This document shows positions 59,844 through 64,000 of a stretch of DNA of 64,000 nucleotides, one piece after another (within the stretch, counting starts at the first letter, position 1; the number at the start of each line of letters is the position of its first letter). The notes beneath the pieces are model-generated. The model did no database searches, was not told where the DNA came from, and saw nothing but the letters and a program-made list of their open reading frames with translations. The position numbers and the translations under genes were made by a program. Origin of the DNA: an uncultured Gemmatimonadales bacterium (GTDB taxonomy: Bacteria; Gemmatimonadota; Gemmatimonadetes; Longimicrobiales; Gaopeijiaceae); contig CAWELD010000003.1 of NCBI GenBank assembly GCA_963809895.1, positions 928,001-992,000 of the forward strand, written 5' to 3'.

Positions 59844-61022
59844 CGGAGCATCCTCACGGCCCTCCACGGGTGCTGGTGGTGGTGGGGACGCGTCCCGAGG
59901 CCGTGAAGATGGCGCCGGTGCTGGCGGCCTTCCGGGCGCGGGCCGACGAGATCCGGGCCGACCTCGTGCTCACGGGCCAGCACACCGACCTGGTGGACGG
60001 CATCCTGCGCCAGTTCGATCTGACGCCGTCGTGGGATCTGGGCATCATGCGCGAAGGCCAGACCGTGTACGACGTGCTGCAGGCCGGCCTGGACGGGCTG
60101 CGCGGCGTGCTGGACGAGGCCCGCCCGGCAGCCGTCCTCGTCCAGGGCGACACGGCCAGCGTCTTCGTGGGCGCGCTGGTGGGATTCCTCCAGAAGGTGT
60201 GGGTGGGGCACGTGGAGGCGGGGCTCCGCAGCCACGACAAGTGGGCGCCCTGGCCGGAGGAGGTCTTCCGCCGCCTCACCGACGTTCTGGCCGACGGCTA
60301 CTTCGCGCCCACGCCCCTGGCGGCGGCCAACCTGGTGGGGGAGGGGGTGGCGCGGAGCGCAGGTGCACGTGACCGGCAACACCGTGGTGGACGCGCTCCG
60401 GAGCGTGGCCCGCACGCCCGGCGACTTCGTGGATCCGGCGCTGAAGGCGGCCACTGCCTCGGGGCGGCGCCTGGTCCTGCTGACGGCGCATCGGCGTGAG
60501 TCCTTCGGCGCCCCCCTGCGCGAGGTGTTCGGAGCCGTACGCGCCCTGGCCGATGCCGAGCCCGACATCGAGATCGTCTACCCGGTGCACCCCAATCCCA
60601 ACGTGACGGCCCCGGCGCGGGAGCTCCTGACGGACCACCCGCGCATCCGTCTCACCGAGCCCGTGGGATACCTGGATCTGGTACGGGCGCTCCAACGGGC
60701 GGCGCTGGTGCTCACCGATTCGGGGGGAATCCAGGAAGAGGCTCCCACCTTCGGCACTCCGGTCCTGGTGCTCCGCGGCGTCACCGAGCGCCCCGAGGGC
60801 ATCGAGGCCGGCGTGGCCGAGCTCGTGGGGACCGACGGCGCCCGCATCGTCGAGAGAGCGCGGGCGCACCTCGCACGGACGCGCAGTGCCGAGGCACCGC
60901 CGGCGAACCCGTACGGTGACGGCAGGGCGGGGGAGCGCATCGCCGACCTGACCATCGCCGCCCTCACCGGCGCCGCCCGGCGAACCCGCGACTGGCAGGA
61001 CGTACCCGGGGGGGCCGGCTGA
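59840..61022 (+). CDS. wecB: UDP-N-acetylglucosamine 2-epimerase with an apparent frameshift near 60355
   Basis: GTRPEAVKMAP, TGQH, VQGDT, HVEAGLRS in one frame; VTGNTVVDAL, TAHRRES, TDSGGIQEEAP, NPYGDG in the next. Confidence 0.93.
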
Positions 61023-61030
61023 ACATCCTC

Positions 61031-62134
61031 ATGCACTGCGTCTACTTCCCGCCGGAGGTGGGCGGGTTGGAGAGCCACGTCTACTACCTGTGCCGCGCCC
61101 TGGCCCGCAAGGGACACGTGGTGAACGTGGTCACCTCGAAGTCCAGGCCCGGCGTGCCCGAGCACGAGGTCATGGACGGCGTGGGCGTGTGGCGCACCTG
61201 GTTCCCGGCGCGGAACCCGGCAGGCTGGGCGCTCCACGCCTTCGGCTCCATGCCCCGCTTCGGCGGGCTGGCCCGCTCGGCCGACATCCTGCACGCCCAG
61301 GCCTTCGCCTCGGTCCTTCCGGGCATGGTGGCCAAGCGCGCCACCGGAGTGCCGCTGGTGGCCACCTGGCACACCAGCCACTTCCTGAAACGGGCGGGCT
61401 CGCCCTTCTGGCGGCCCGTCTTCCGTCGCATGCTCCAGGCCGCCGACCGCAATCTGGCCGCCAGCGAGGAGATCGCCCGCGTGGCACGCTCGTTGGCGCC
61501 CGGCGTGACCGTCGAGGCCCTCACCAACGGGGTGGAGACCGACATCTTCCGGCCCGTGGCGCCGACGCTGGAGCCCCCGTCCGAGGGGCGCCGGCGATTG
61601 GTGGTGCCGCGCCGGCTCTTCACCAAGAACGGTGTGGAGTACTTCGTGCGCGCCATGCCGCTCATGGCGGAGGCCGTGGACGTGGAGGCGATCCTGGTGG
61701 GCGACGGACCCGAACGCGCGAAGCTGGAGGCGCTGGCGTCGGAGTTGGGCGTCGCCGAGCGCGTCCGCTTCCTGGGCGCTCGCCCCAACGCCGACATGCC
61801 GGGGCTGCTGTGCTCGGCCGACATGGCGGTCTTCCCGTCGCTCATGGAGGCCACCTCCGTGGCCGCCCTGGAAAGCATGTCGTGCGGGCTGCCGGTGGCG
61901 GCGTCCGACGTGGGCGGCCTGCCCGAGATCGTGGACGACGCCGTGGGTGCGCTCTTCCGCCCTGCCGACCCCGGTGACCTGGCCCGGGTGGTGGTGCGAT
62001 TGCTCCGGGAAGGGGATCTTGAAGGGCTCGGCGCCCGGGCCCGCCAGCGCGTGGTGAGCCACTGGAGCAACGACCGGCTCGCCGAGCGGCATCTGGAGAT
62101 CTACCGAGGACTTCTGCAGGAAAGGACCGGCTGA
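61031..62134 (+). CDS. GT4 glycosyltransferase (start may be CTG 61019)
   Basis: YFPPEVGGLE, LVGDGPER, PSLMEATSVAALESMSCGLPVAASDVGGLPEIV. Confidence 0.92.
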   Translation: MHCVYFPPEVGGLESHVYYLCRALARKGHVVNVVTSKSRPGVPEHEVMDGVGVWRTWFPARNPAGWALHAFGSMPRFGGLARSADILHAQAFASVLPGMVAKRATGVPLVATWHTSHFLKRAGSPFWRPVFRRMLQAADRNLAASEEIARVARSLAPGVTVEALTNGVETDIFRPVAPTLEPPSEGRRRLVVPRRLFTKNGVEYFVRAMPLMAEAVDVEAILVGDGPERAKLEALASELGVAERVRFLGARPNADMPGLLCSADMAVFPSLMEATSVAALESMSCGLPVAASDVGGLPEIVDDAVGALFRPADPGDLARVVVRLLREGDLEGLGARARQRVVSHWSNDRLAERHLEIYRGLLQERTG

Positions 62135-64000
62135 TGGCCAAGACACCTCCCGAGACGGAGACGGTGGACCGCTCGCTGGCCGCCGAGGTGACCGGCGCCC
62201 GGGCTCCCGAGCGGGTGGCCGTTCCCGGATGGCTGCCACCGGTCCTGTACGCGGTGGTCACGCTGCTCCTGTTCCGGGTCTTCGTCTTCTCCGGCGCCAT
62301 GCTGTACGGCTCCGACACCGAGGCGCTGGGCTACATGGCCCGGGCCTTCTACGCCCAACAGCTCAAGGCCGGCCACTTCCCGGGCTGGAACCCGCTGCTC
62401 CTGGGAGGCACACCCTTTCTGGACTCGCTGGCGGGAGGCGACTCCCTCTATCCGCCCTCGGTGCTGCTGCTCCTCCTGCTGACGCCCTTCCGGGCCCTGG
62501 GCTGGAAGCTGGTGCTGCACGTCTTCCTGGCGGGCCTGTTCATGTACGGCTGGGCCCGCTCGCTGGGGCGGAGCCGGGCGGCCGCGCTGCTGGCGGGGCT
62601 GGCGTATCTGGTGGCGCCCTTCCTGGTGACCCTGGTCTGGCCCGGGGGCGACGGCAAGCTCTTCGTCACCTCGCTCACGCCCCTCATGTTCTGGGCGGTG
62701 GAGTCGTGGTTTCGCGGGCGCCGCCTGCTGTCGCTGGCCGGCGTGGCGGCGGTGGTGGCGCTGGTGATCCTGACCACCCACTTCCAGATGGCCTACTTCC
62801 TGTTCGGCGCGGTGGGCATCTACGCCATCTTCCGCACCGTGCAGGAGGGCCGCCGCGCCGGCACCGGCGTGACCGGGGCCGCCGGGCTCTTCTGGGGATT
62901 CCTGGCGGCCTCCGTGGTAGGGGCCGCGGGGGCGGGGGTACAGCTCCTGCCCGCCGTGGAGTACGTCACCCAGTTCTCGCGGCGCACGGCCACCACGACG
63001 GCCGCGCCGCCAGAGCAGAACCGGCAGTACGCCTCGAGTTGGTCGCTCCATCCCGAAGAGGTCGTGTCCACCCTGGCCGTGCCGGAATTCGTGGGTAGCT
63101 CGGTGGGCGGCGCCGGCTGGACCTCGGGTACCTACTGGGGCCGGAACGGCTTCAAGCTCAACGAGGAATACCTGGGCATCCTGGTGGTGGTGTTGGCAGC
63201 GCTGGCCTTCGTGGGCGGCCCCCGGCTCACCTCGCGCTGGTTCTTCCTGGGGATGGGAGCCCTGGCGCTCCTCTACACCCTGGGCACCCACACGCCGTTG
63301 TGGGGCCTCTTCTACGCGGTCCTGCCCGGGATCAAGCTCTTCCGGGCGCCCTCGCTGGCCATCTTCCTCACCGGCTTCTCGGCGGTGACGCTCATGGCCT
63401 TCGGCGCCGACCGCCTCCTGGGCTGGGCCGCCGGCGACCAGGAGCGGGCCGCCTCCACGGGCCAGCGCGTGATCTTCATCGTGGCCGGTGTGCTGGGCCT
63501 GGGAATGCTGCTGGCCGCCTCCGGCGCGCTCCTGTCCATGTGGACCTCGGTGTTCTACTCGGACATGGCACCCGACAAGGCGCAGGCGCTGGCCCGGGCC
63601 ACGCCCTTCATCGGCCGGGGATTCCTGGCGGTGACGGTGCTGGTGGTGGCGCTGGGCGGGACCCTCCTGCTGGGCCGGCGGGGCGCGCTCCGCCCCTCGG
63701 GGGTGCTCATCATCGTGGCGCTCCTGGTGGCGCTGGACGGTATGCGGGTGGATGCGCCTTTCGTCACCACCGACGACTTCTCCAGCTTCGCGCAGCCCGA
63801 TCCCAACGCGCAGTACCTGCTGGACCAGCAGACGGCCGAAGACGGGCCCTTCCGCGTGCTGGACATGGACAACGGCGGCCAGTCCGTGCGCCTCGGCATG
63901 TTCGGCATCGAGCTGGCCGGGGGCCACCATCCCAACGATCTGGCAGCCTACCGGGAGCTCACCGGGATGGCGGGATCGGGCTCACCGGTGAATCTGATCA
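62134..64000 (+). CDS. YfhO-like GT-C membrane glycosyltransferase, 3'-truncated by the window edge
   Basis: ATG overlaps the GT4 stop; polytopic; FPGWNPLLLGGTPF, LYPP, HFQMAY, FRAPS. Confidence 0.85.
   Translation, partial: MAKTPPETETVDRSLAAEVTGARAPERVAVPGWLPPVLYAVVTLLLFRVFVFSGAMLYGSDTEALGYMARAFYAQQLKAGHFPGWNPLLLGGTPFLDSLAGGDSLYPPSVLLLLLLTPFRALGWKLVLHVFLAGLFMYGWARSLGRSRAAALLAGLAYLVAPFLVTLVWPGGDGKLFVTSLTPLMFWAVESWFRGRRLLSLAGVAAVVALVILTTHFQMAYFLFGAVGIYAIFRTVQEGRRAGTGVTGAAGLFWGFLAASVVGAAGAGVQLLPAVEYVTQFSRRTATTTAAPPEQNRQYASSWSLHPEEVVSTLAVPEFVGSSVGGAGWTSGTYWGRNGFKLNEEYLGILVVVLAALAFVGGPRLTSRWFFLGMGALALLYTLGTHTPLWGLFYAVLPGIKLFRAPSLAIFLTGFSAVTLMAFGADRLLGWAAGDQERAASTGQRVIFIVAGVLGLGMLLAASGALLSMWTSVFYSDMAPDKAQALARATPFIGRGFLAVTVLVVALGGTLLLGRRGALRPSGVLIIVALLVALDGMRVDAPFVTTDDFSSFAQPDPNAQYLLDQQTAEDGPFRVLDMDNGGQSVRLGMFGIELAGGHHPNDLAAYRELTGMAGSGSPVNLI

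Overview
High-GC bacterial DNA, most consistent with Gemmatimonadota (PadR/ADOP permease, PD40-amidohydrolase, VPS10-like protein, TolB_N-TPR protein and an ECF/CBM48 cluster; this taxonomy is inference). The right third is mostly core genes: arcA-arcC, prfC, then kdsB-pyrG-kdsA-kdsC-kdsD-lptC-lptA-lptB-rpoN-GT2-wecB-GT4-yfhO. The left two thirds are largely accessory. The best candidate for an undescribed system is at about 4.7-13.4 kb. It holds an AraC-like regulator, a secreted Cys-rich peptide with a variable core and conserved C-terminal tail, a hidden broken paralog of that peptide, four or five exported beta-propellers (three are close, mosaic paralogs) and a compact DUF885-like metallopeptidase, arranged as a recombining peptide-propeller-peptidase cassette. 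Also present: two inverted copies of a 309-bp CTAG-bounded MITE-like element, a hipBA-like module with four operator-like boxes, tRNA-Leu(UAA), a transmembrane SARP/AAA sensor, an ECF sigma with a CBM48-bearing anti-sigma candidate, a P1B metal ATPase with its ArsR operator, apparently leaderless starts, and a D-S/T-X-rich LptA next to a GT2/GT-C pair. Several single-base frameshifts, one in core wecB, look like sequencing errors. All family calls come from motif recognition by eye; no database searches were run.
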